The notes beneath the pieces are model-generated. The model saw nothing but the letters and a program-made list of their open reading frames with translations. It ran no database searches and was not told the DNA's origin. The position numbers and the translations under genes were made by a program. 64,000 bases of DNA from an uncultured delta proteobacterium. GTDB taxonomy: Bacteria; Myxococcota_A; UBA9160; SMWR01. This document shows positions 48,365 through 57,507 of the stretch, one piece after another (position 1 is the stretch's first letter; each line of letters opens with the position of its first letter). Where the stretch lies: positions 160,001-224,000 of the forward strand of contig CAWHTE010000007.1 in the NCBI GenBank assembly GCA_963832165.1, in the 5' to 3' direction.

Positions 48365-49147
48365 ATGGCCGACGAGTTCATCACCCTCGAGTACGACGGC
48401 CCGGTCGCCGTGCTCAGCAACAACCGGCCCGATAAACACAACGCCGCAAACGATGCGATGGACGCCCAACTCTGGCAGGCGCTCGCCGAGCTGCACCGCC
48501 GCGACGACGTGCGTGCCATCGTGTGGCGCGGCAACGGCAAGTCGTTCTCGTCCGGGCGCGACACGACCCAGCTCGGCGTGCGCACCGAAGACATCAGCAA
48601 CCTCGACTTCATCGAGCGCGGGCACTCGGGCACGCAGATGTTCTTCACGGTGCCGGCACCGATCATCGCCGCGTTGAAGGGTTGGGTGATCGGCGGGTCG
48701 TTCGAGCGCGCGCTGCTCTGCGACCTGCGGATCGCGGGCGAGAGCGCCCGCATGCGGCTGCCCGAGATCCAGCACGGCGTAGTACCCGACTCGGGCGGCA
48801 CGGCGCGCCTGTTTCAGATGGCCGGCCACGGCATCGCGGCCGACCTCGCGCTCACGGGGCGCGTGCTCGACGCGCAGGAGGCGCTGCGCCACGGAATCGT
48901 GTCGCGCGTGGTGCCCGACGCGGAGCTCGACGACACGTGTCTCCAGGTCGCGCACGAGATCGCGAAGATGCCCGCATTCACGGTGAAGATGTTCCGACGC
49001 ACGCTGGGGCGGCTCGCGAACACTGCCGTGCAGGCTTCGATCCAGGAAGAGGCGGTCACCCAGGTGCTGACGCAGGCGTCCGACGACTACGCGGAGTTCA
49101 AGACCGCGCGCGCGGAGGGACGCGATCCCGTGTATCGACGGCGTTAG
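48365..49147 (+). CDS. Enoyl-CoA hydratase/isomerase family protein
   Basis: NRPDKHNA, SFSSGRD, IGGSFERALLCD, LPEIQHGVVPDSGG. Confidence 0.88.
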   Translation: MADEFITLEYDGPVAVLSNNRPDKHNAANDAMDAQLWQALAELHRRDDVRAIVWRGNGKSFSSGRDTTQLGVRTEDISNLDFIERGHSGTQMFFTVPAPIIAALKGWVIGGSFERALLCDLRIAGESARMRLPEIQHGVVPDSGGTARLFQMAGHGIAADLALTGRVLDAQEALRHGIVSRVVPDAELDDTCLQVAHEIAKMPAFTVKMFRRTLGRLANTAVQASIQEEAVTQVLTQASDDYAEFKTARAEGRDPVYRRR

Positions 49148-49148
49148 G

Positions 49149-52100
49149 CTACGGCGCGTTCACGAAGGCGATCGCGCCGAGCGCGTTCTGCTTGCCGGCC
49201 CCGTAGTTGGAAGTGCCGACGAGTTGCACGTAGCGCTGTAGCGCTAGGCCGTTCACGCGCTGGCCCGCGTTGCTGACCGTTCCCCGGGCCAAGGTGCCCG
49301 TTGCGACGGTGACCGGGCTCACGAGCGCCTGTCCACCTGCGGCGAGCGTATTGCTCGTGCGGATCTCGTAGCCGCGGATCTCGGGGTCGGTCTGCTGCCC
49401 GTTGTAGTGCCACATCACGATCGCGTCGGCGACGCCCGGCGCGCCCAGGTCGAAGATCAGATTGGCCAGCGCGGTGCCACTATTCGTCGAGACGAAGCTC
49501 TTGGCCTGCTTGCCCGTGTGCAGCGAGCTCTGGATCGTGGTCGGGTTCACCACGACGCCCGTCAGCGCGAGCAGGTTGCCGATGCACTTCGAGGTGATCG
49601 AGGTGTAGTTCGTGCCGCACGGATTGCCGCGCCCGAACACGACCTGGGCCTGCGCATTGACGACGACGTCCCCTTGCCACCGGGTCGGATCGTTCGGGAA
49701 CGCGTCCGAATTGTCCCCGTGGCCGTCGCCGTCGCTGTCGGCCCACTCGGTGGGATCGTTCGGGAAGGCGTCCTGCGGATCGGGAACGCCATCGCCATCG
49801 GTATCGGGGGGCGGCGGTGGCGGTTGAACGTCGCCGGGGTTCAGCTCGCGCAGGAACGCAGCGAGCGCGGCCCGCTCGGCGGTGGTCGTGGTCACGTGAG
49901 CCGCGATCGCCGCATCGAGCGTCGCCGCGGAGCCGTCGTGGAGATACGGTGCGGCGCCCCAGCTGCCGAGCAGGGGCGGCGTGTCGAAGCCGTCGAGCGC
50001 CGAACCGAGCCGGCTACCGCTGCCGGCATGGATCGTTCCGACATTGTGTCGGGTGTTGAGCGCGCTGTCCGTGAACGACGCACCGGAGTGGCAGCTGCCG
50101 CAGGCCTTGATGGCAAAGGTCGCGCGGCCCTGCTCCGCCTGCGCCGAGAACGCGCCGTTTCGGAACGGGCTCGCGGGCGCCGTGTTCAGCGAGGCGACGT
50201 AGGCCGCGAGCGCGTCGAGATCGGCGCTGATGCCGGCCTTCGGATCGCCCAGCGGCGACGAGCGCGTGCCCGTGTTGAAGTCCGTGTTGCTCATGAGGCC
50301 GGTGCCGGCCGAGAGACCGCGGATCTGCCCCTCGAAGTCCTGCACCTCGTCGAAGTTGCCAGTCCAGTGCAGCGGGCCGTTGCCCATGCCGGCCTTGCCG
50401 CGCAACTCGATCGTATTGCGCAGGCCCTCACCGAATCCGGTGAGGTCCCACACGCGTCCGTCCTGGCCGCCGTCGTTGTGGCACGACGCGCACGAGATGT
50501 AGTTGTCGCGCGCGAGCCTGTCGTCGGCGGCGTCGTAGAACAGCTTCTTGCCCTGGAGCACGTTGGGCGCGAGCAGCTCGTTCGCGACGGTCGCGACGCT
50601 GCCGAGAGCGGTTGCCTGCGTCGAGCCCAGCGCGACCATGTTCGTGACGTCGAAGCGCGTGACGGTGCGATCCATGAAGTTGTGCACGTACAGCGTGCGG
50701 CCGTTGCTCGAGAACGCGACGCCCTGGGGCGCGCGGCCGACGGGAATCCGCGCGAGCTGGAAGCCCTGCTGCGTGTCGTAGACCGCCACTTCCTTGCTGG
50801 TCTCGAGCGCGACGAAGAGATACCGGCCGTCGCCCGTGATCGCCGCGCCGGTCGCGAGCCCCGCGTTGTCGTGATCGATCCGCTGTCCGGTGAGCTCCGT
50901 TCGCGAGGGCAGATCGACGACGGACGTCACCGCGCGCACGGTCTGGTCGAAGATCATTCCCACACGGCCGCGATAGGCGCCGCCCTCGACATTGTCCTGC
51001 TTCGACGGCACGTAGGCCTTCGAGCCGAAGAGGACTGGCGCGTTCAGGTAGTTCGCGATGCCCGGACCCGAGACCTCGGCGGGCGCGCGGCTCGAGTAGC
51101 CGAACGTGACCGTCTGCGAGAGCGTCATCGCGCCCGTCGCCACCACGAACAGCTGTCCGCCGCCGCCGCTCACGTTGACCACGTTCGTGTCCTCGCCGGG
51201 CAGCCGCGGCGTGACGAAGTTGGTGACGTAGAGCGTCTGGCCGTCGGCGCTCACGGCGAGATGGCGCGGCTTGCCGGAGAGCGCGGCACTGGCCGAGAGC
51301 GCTCCCGTGGAACGCGTGCGCTTGTCCACGCGCCCGAGCGCCTCGAGCGCGACGTAGAACGTGTCGCTTCCGGATGCGAACGAGATGCCGTGCGGCTGCG
51401 AAGCCACGGGCAGCGTGACCGTTCGCACGACCGCGAGCGTCTGCGTGCTGATCACCGAGATCGTCGCCGATCCCTTGTTCGCGACGAACACCTCGTTCGC
51501 GAGCGGCGCCTTGGCGAGCGACCAGGGCCGATCACCGACGCCGATCTCGGCCACCACCGCGCCCGCGGCGCTCATCACGGTGACCGTGCGCGCGTCGGGA
51601 TTCACGCTCCAGACCCGGTCGGCGCCGCTGCTGCCCTCCACGATCAGCGTCGTCGAATTGAACGGAGACGGCACCGACGCGACGCCGTGCTCGACCAGCC
51701 ACTTGCCCGGATCGCTCGGGAACACGTCAGAGTTGTCGCCGTGGCCGTCGCCGTCCGTGTCGGCCCACTCCGTGGGATCATTCGGGAACGCGTCGGTGGA
51801 GTCTGGAACACCGTCGCCGTCGGTATCGAGGTCGGGCGGCGGCGGGGCCGAGAACACGAGCCGCATCCAGTCGAGGCGGGTGCCCGCCTCGCGGTGGATC
51901 ACCTCGACCGTGTGAGTTCCGGCGCTGAGCGCCACGAGTACGGGATCGGCGCCGCCCAGGTCGCTCACGAAATCGGTCTGATAGGTGGTGTTGACCGGTG
52001 CCTCCCAGTCGAAGCCACTGCCGGGCTGGTCATCCACGGTGATCCAGAACGAGTTCTGCGAGGTGCTCGGCGCGTAGACGGCGCCCTCGAGCCTGTACTG

Positions 52101-54477
52101 GCCGGACTGGCTCACGTTGAAGGTGAGCACGGCCCGACTCGGGCTGGTGGGCCCACTCGTCACGGCGGTGCCGCTCGGAACCGAGATGTAGCGGCCGTTG
52201 CGCGCAGCGGCGTCGAGGCCGACCGTGAACGAGCCCGCGAGCACCGCGCTCTCGGCCTCCACGTCGAGACCATTGCCCGTGCTGCCGTCGTTGCGCAGCA
52301 CCTGGAAGGTCTGGCCGATCGACGGCACGCCCGCGCTGTCGACGGCGAAGATCCAGTAGTAGCCCGGCAGCAGCACGTTCGGGTTCGGCTCGAGCTGCAG
52401 CGCGTAGGAGCCGTCGCCGTTGCTCGTGAACGCGATCGGCAGGTAGCGCTGATCCGTGTTCATCGCGTGCGTGGTCGCCGAGAGCCGCACCATGCTGAAC
52501 TTCGCGATCGTTCCCGTCGCGAACACCGTGATCGAAGAGCCCGCGTCGCCGATCGCGGGTGCCGCCGTGATCGCGGGCCGCGGGGCCAGGCTGCCGTCCG
52601 CTGAGTAGAGGTAGGGCGGCGAGAAGATCTGTCCGTCGAGATGGTTCGCCGCACAGCCGTTGCCGCACGCGCCGCCACCCGCCGACAGCACGCGGCCATC
52701 CTTGAGCAGGATCGCCGTCGAGTGGTAGGTGCGGGCCACGGCCATGTTCGCGAGCGTGCGCCACTGGTTCGTGGTGGGGTTCCAGGCCTCGGCGGTCAGG
52801 ACGGAGCCCGCGTCGTCGAACTGCGCGCCGGTGTTGTTGCCGCCGATCACGAGCACGTCGCCGGTCGGCAGCGTCACCGAGTTGTGGAACGCGCGCGCAC
52901 TCGCCATCGGCGCCGCCGCCGTGATCACGGGGGTCGGGCCGTTGAGGTCGACGCGGTACACCGCGCTCGTGGTCGGCGGGTTCTGGGTGCGGTCCGAGCC
53001 GCCCACGAGCAGCACCTTGCCTTTGTCGTACGTAACCGCGTTGCCCCACATCCGCGTACGCGTGCCGACGGGCTGACCCAGCGACTGCACGCTGCCCGAG
53101 TTGCGCGGATCGAAGATGTGCCAGGTCTGGGTCGGCCCGCCGTGAAACACGCGCCCGTCCGGCGCGACCGCCATCTGGCCCCACCACTCGAGACCCCCAG
53201 CACCGTTCGCGGCCGATTGGCCGTTCTCGGAGTTCTGCTCGTTGAGCAGGTCCTGCATCGTCGCGCCGGTCGTCGCGGTCCAGCTGTTGTTCGCGGCGCT
53301 GTAGCGCTCGGAGGTATTGCCGGCTCCGTTCGCGAAGGTCGCGAACAGCTCGTTGCTCGGGCAGCGCGAGCACGGTGCTGTACCAGCGGTTCTGTGCCAT
53401 TCCCGCGAGCGCAGACCACGCGAGCGTCGCCGGGTTGAACGTGCTCGTGCGCGTGTCGAACGGATTGCCGCCGGCCGCAACGACCCGACCGTCCTCGAGC
53501 GTGGAGACACCCGCGCAGAACATGTCGTGGAAGTTGCTGTTGGTGGTCTGGAACGTCCCGGCGCTCGGATCGAACAGCGAGGAGTAGGTGAACTCCCGAT
53601 TGCTCGGGAACGCGTTCGTCTCGGTCGACGACCACGAGAGCACGCGCCCGTCGGGCAGGTTGGCCGCGCTGATCGCGATGTGCGGCCACGCGATCACGGA
53701 GCCCCAGGATCCGAGCGTCGACGTGGGGGGCGGCGGGGGCGGGGGCGGCGGCGCTCCTCCCGAGACGGCGGTGTTCATGTCGTTCTGGATCTCGGACTGC
53801 GAGAGCGCGCGGTTGTAGATCCGCAGATCGTCGATTCGTCCCGGGAAGAACTCATCGCTGTAGGTGTTGCCCCCGATGCGGAGCGGGTTGCTATTGACCT
53901 CGAGGCTGCCAGTGCGGCTCTGGCTGCCCACCTGGGTTCCGTTCAGGTACAGGCGCAGCGACGCTCCGTCGTAGGTGCCGGCCATGTGGGTCCACTCGTT
54001 CAAGGGCAGCGCGTTCGGTCCTTGCGCGGTGGTGCAACAGTTCCCAGCGAACGTCCCACCGACTCCCACCTTGTTGTCGCTCGTGTTGGCGTTCAGGTAA
54101 TAGGCATCTACTTCCTTCTGCAGGATCACCTTCCAGTCCGACATCGCCGACGTCGGATACACCCAGGCCTCGATCGTCATGCCCGTCGTCAGATCGAGCG
54201 AGCTCGAATCCGGGATCAGCACGACGTCGTTCGTGCCGTCGAAACTCAGCGCCGGGCCGTAGCGGCCCGACGGCGTCCGGATCGCGCCGCTGATCGAGCC
54301 GTGATTTCCCAACCCCGAGGCGTCGGCGACGGTGGGCCCGCTCGCTTCGTCGAACGCGTACGCAGCGACGAGGCCCGACTGGGCCGACGCCGTGCCCGCG
54401 GTGGCGGCCAGGAATCCCGCGATCCCGAGCGTCAGCATCCCCGTGCGAACGACGCGCTCGTCGACCATCTTGCGCAT
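49149..54477 (-). CDS. Large secreted multidomain protein (~1775 aa): LamG + galactose-oxidase-type copper-radical oxidase + CBM-like + TSP3 + beta-propeller + di-heme cytochrome c peroxidase-like; one frameshift near 53360
   Basis: Joins ORF 52030..54477 (signal peptide, LamG, HDMFCAG, RWYST) to ORF 49149..53510 (RTYHSTAILL, ATTHAMNTDQR, CASCH, CGSCH, APYLHDGS) by deleting one G from ggg 53359-53361, giving ...VLALPSNELFATF... Confidence 0.82.
49677..49806 (-). repeat. Thrombospondin type-3-like Ca-binding repeats (copy 2)
   Basis: DTDGDGVPDPQDAFPNDPTEWADSDGDGHGDNSDAFPNDPTRW. Confidence 0.8.
51699..51828 (-). repeat. Thrombospondin type-3-like Ca-binding repeats (copy 1)
   Basis: DTDGDGVPDSTDAFPNDPTEWADTDGDGHGDNSDVFPSDPGKW. 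Confidence 0.8.
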
Positions 54478-54546
54478 CTCCGAGGACCACCGGGTGAGCC
54501 ACAGGTTCGGCGGACGGGCCGACCCGACACCCGATGCTGCTCGACA

Positions 54547-54564
54547 TTGTGATCCAAATCACAA
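54547..54564. promoter_or_regulatory. CRP/FNR-family binding site
   Basis: TTGTGAT-CCAA-ATCACAA contains the perfect TGTGA-N6-TCACA consensus, 70 nt upstream of ATG 54477. Confidence 0.75.
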
Positions 54565-54652
54565 AACAAGTGTTGGAAATAAGCTGCAGGGAAGCCGCAG
54601 CGATCCGCAACTCGCTCCTGGAACAGCCACTGCGAACTGGGTTTCTGGAGGA

Positions 54653-56209
54653 CTACGGGCGCGCCGAGTAGGCGCGCGGGCCCCGCTGGAGCGCGAGCAC
54701 GGGCTGGATCTCGTCGATCCAGTCGCACAGTCGCGCGCGCGTCTCGCGCGGGTCGATCAGATCGTGGACGCCGAACGCCTCGGCGCGCGGGAACACCGAC
54801 TGCGCGCGCGCGTACTCGCGCTCGAGCTCGCGGCGGCGCGCGTCGGGGTCTGCGGCTTGCGCGATCTCGCGGCCGTGCGCGAGCTCGACGCCGCTCTCGA
54901 GCGGCATCGAGCCGCTCTGCGCCGATGGCCACGCCACCACCGTGCCGCTCGGTCCGAGGTGCAGCCCCGCCGCGACGCCGAAGCTCTTGCGCACCACCAC
55001 GGTGAACCACGGCACGATCGTCTGGTTGACCGCGAACATCGCCTCCATGCCGTAGCGAATCGTCGCGGCCCTCTCGGCGTCGGTGCCGATCATGAAGCCC
55101 GGCTCGTCCATCAGCGACACGATCGGCAGATGGAAGTTGTCGCAGAGCTCGAGGAACCGGCGCAGCTTCTGCGCTCCCTCCGCGGTCATGCTGCCGCCGT
55201 ACACGTACGGATCGTTCGCGAACACTCCCACCGGGTGGCCCGCCACGCGCGCGAGGCCCGTGATCTGCGTGCGGCCGTAGCCGGGCGTGAGCTCGAAGAA
55301 CGACGAGAGGTCGACGACCGCCTCGACGATCCGGCGCATCTTGTAGGCGCGGCGGCTCTCGCGCGGGACGATCGCGAGCAACTTCTGCTCGGCGCGATCG
55401 CGCGGATCGTCGCACGCGCGCACGGGCGCACCTTCCCAGACGTTCGACGGCAGGTAGGAGAGGAACGCACGGATCTGGCGGAACACGTCCGCTTCGTCCT
55501 CTGCGACGTTGTCGACCACGCCGCTCCTTCCGTGCACGTCGGCGCCGCCGAGCTCGTCCTTGTCGACCGCTTCGCCCGTGGCGCGCGCGACGAGCGCGGG
55601 CCCGCCCACGATCACCTGGGAGGTCTTGCGCGTCATGAGCGAGAAGTGCGCCGCGACGAGCCGCCCCGCGGCGTAGCCCGCGACCGGGCCCAGCGCCGCC
55701 GCGACCATCGGGACCGTGGCGCGCGCCTCCAGCAGAGCGTGGTTGGAGCTCGCACCCGCGACGAAGTCGTAGCCCGAGCGTCCTTTCACGCCGGTGATTC
55801 CGGAGACCGATGCGCCGCCGGCCTCGAGCAGGCGCACGTTGGGAACGCGCAGTCGCGCAGAATGACGATCCGCGTACTCCGCCTTCTGCATACCGGCGGG
55901 CGAGTAGGTGCCGCCGCGCAGCGTGAAATCGTCGCCGCAGATCACGACGGGGCGGCCGTCGATCTTCGCGGTTCCGATCACGGCGTTGGTCGGCGAGAAG
56001 TCGACGAGGTTGCCCTCGGCGTCGGTCTCGGAAACACCCGCGATCCCGCCCTGCTCGCGGAACGTTCCCTTGTCGGCGAGCGCGTCGATGCGCTCGCGCA
56101 CGGTGAGCCGCCCGCGCGCGTGCTGCTTGGTGATCGCCTCGGCACCGCCGAGCTCCGCAGCTGCGGCGCGGCGCTTGCGCAGCTCTTCGACTTCGCGTTC
56201 CCAGCTCAC
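54653..56209 (-). CDS. Acyl-CoA carboxylase carboxyltransferase subunit
   Basis: QHARGRLTVRERI, DDFTLRGG, ELGGADVH, DEPGFMIG, IDPRETR. Confidence 0.9.
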   Translation of the reverse strand: MSWEREVEELRKRRAAAAELGGAEAITKQHARGRLTVRERIDALADKGTFREQGGIAGVSETDAEGNLVDFSPTNAVIGTAKIDGRPVVICGDDFTLRGGTYSPAGMQKAEYADRHSARLRVPNVRLLEAGGASVSGITGVKGRSGYDFVAGASSNHALLEARATVPMVAAALGPVAGYAAGRLVAAHFSLMTRKTSQVIVGGPALVARATGEAVDKDELGGADVHGRSGVVDNVAEDEADVFRQIRAFLSYLPSNVWEGAPVRACDDPRDRAEQKLLAIVPRESRRAYKMRRIVEAVVDLSSFFELTPGYGRTQITGLARVAGHPVGVFANDPYVYGGSMTAEGAQKLRRFLELCDNFHLPIVSLMDEPGFMIGTDAERAATIRYGMEAMFAVNQTIVPWFTVVVRKSFGVAAGLHLGPSGTVVAWPSAQSGSMPLESGVELAHGREIAQAADPDARRRELEREYARAQSVFPRAEAFGVHDLIDPRETRARLCDWIDEIQPVLALQRGPRAYSARP

Positions 56210-56286
56210 GTGCTCTCCACTGCCTCTCGATGGCCGCATTCTACCGCCGCTTGCTGCTGCTGGGCCCGGCATGCACCATGCGCGCG

Positions 56287-57507
56287 ATGAAGCCGCTCGA
56301 GGGATGCCGCGTCGTGGATGCGAGCCGCATCGTCTCGGGTCCCGTGTGCGGATGGCTGCTCGCGTCGCTGGGCGCCGAGGTGATCCGCGTCGAGCCTCCG
56401 GGCGGCGACGTGACCTGGCAGGTGCCGCCCTGGATCGGACCCTCGGGCGTGCACCGAGAAGGGCGCGGCGAGCGCGACCTCGCCCTATCGCCCCTGCGGC
56501 GCCAGCGCGGCAAGCGCAGCGTGGTGCTCGACCTCAAGAACGCGGCGGGCCTCGACGTGTTCCGTCGGCTGCTGCTCGCGAGCGACGTGCTGATCGAGAA
56601 CTTCGTGCCGGGCGCGCTCGCCCGGCTCGGACTCGACGATGCAGAGCTCGAGCGACTCCACCCGCGCCTCGTGCACTGCAGCATCACGGGCTACGGCCAC
56701 GACGGCCCGTACGCGAACCGCTCGAGCCTCGACCTCGTCGTGCAGGCGATGTCGGGACTCCTGGCGAAGACCGGCTTCCCGGACGGACCGCCCACCAAGG
56801 TGGGTGCGACGGTCGGCGATCAGGTGCCCGCGATCTACGCGGCGCTCGGCATCGTCGCCGCACTGCGCCAGCGCGACCGCGACGGCCGCGGCCAGAAAGT
56901 GGACGTCGCGATGCTCGACGCGCTCGTGAGCCTGCTCTGGGACGAGCCGCTCGACGAATACGAGCGACAGGGCGTGCCCGAGCGCGTCGGCAATGGCGAC
57001 CCGCGCGGTGCTCCGCTCGACGTGTTCCGCACGTCGGACGGCTGGGCGGCCGTGGTGGTGACGAGTCAGCGACAGTGGGAGCAGATCTGCGAGGTGATCG
57101 GCCGACCCGAGCTCGCGCATCGCTATGCGACGCTCGCCGATCGCGCCCGTGAAGGCCGAGCGGTCAACGACGCGGTGGCGCAGTGGTGCGCGCGCCACTC
57201 CACCGACGAAGTCGTGACGCGCTTTCTCGCGATCGAAGTGCCCGTGGGTCCCGTGCGCGGAGCATTCAGCGCGCGCGAGGATCCGCAGGTCCGACACCGC
57301 GGTGCGTTGGTGCCGCTGCTCCACCCCGATCGCGCGGAGCCGACCGGCTATCTCGGCGCCGCGTTTCCGGTGCGGCTCTCGCGCGCCGACACGAGCACGC
57401 CGCCCGCCGACCCGCTCGGCGCAAGCACGGCGGCCGTGCTGGCCGACGTGCTCGACCTCTCCGAGAGCGAGATCGCCGCGCTGCGGGCCGCGGGCGCGCT
57501 GGGTTAG
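56287..57507 (+). CDS. CoA-transferase family III (CaiB/BaiF)
   Basis: PLEGCRVVD, LGAEVIRVEPPGGD, GKRSVVLDLK, DVLIENFVPG, SITGYG, VGDQVPA. Confidence 0.9.
   Translation: MKPLEGCRVVDASRIVSGPVCGWLLASLGAEVIRVEPPGGDVTWQVPPWIGPSGVHREGRGERDLALSPLRRQRGKRSVVLDLKNAAGLDVFRRLLLASDVLIENFVPGALARLGLDDAELERLHPRLVHCSITGYGHDGPYANRSSLDLVVQAMSGLLAKTGFPDGPPTKVGATVGDQVPAIYAALGIVAALRQRDRDGRGQKVDVAMLDALVSLLWDEPLDEYERQGVPERVGNGDPRGAPLDVFRTSDGWAAVVVTSQRQWEQICEVIGRPELAHRYATLADRAREGRAVNDAVAQWCARHSTDEVVTRFLAIEVPVGPVRGAFSAREDPQVRHRGALVPLLHPDRAEPTGYLGAAFPVRLSRADTSTPPADPLGASTAAVLADVLDLSESEIAALRAAGALG

Noticed and set aside
53723..53752. G-rich tract as a G-quadruplex or contingency locus
   Set aside because: Encodes the in-frame poly-Pro linker between the LamG and oxidase domains.
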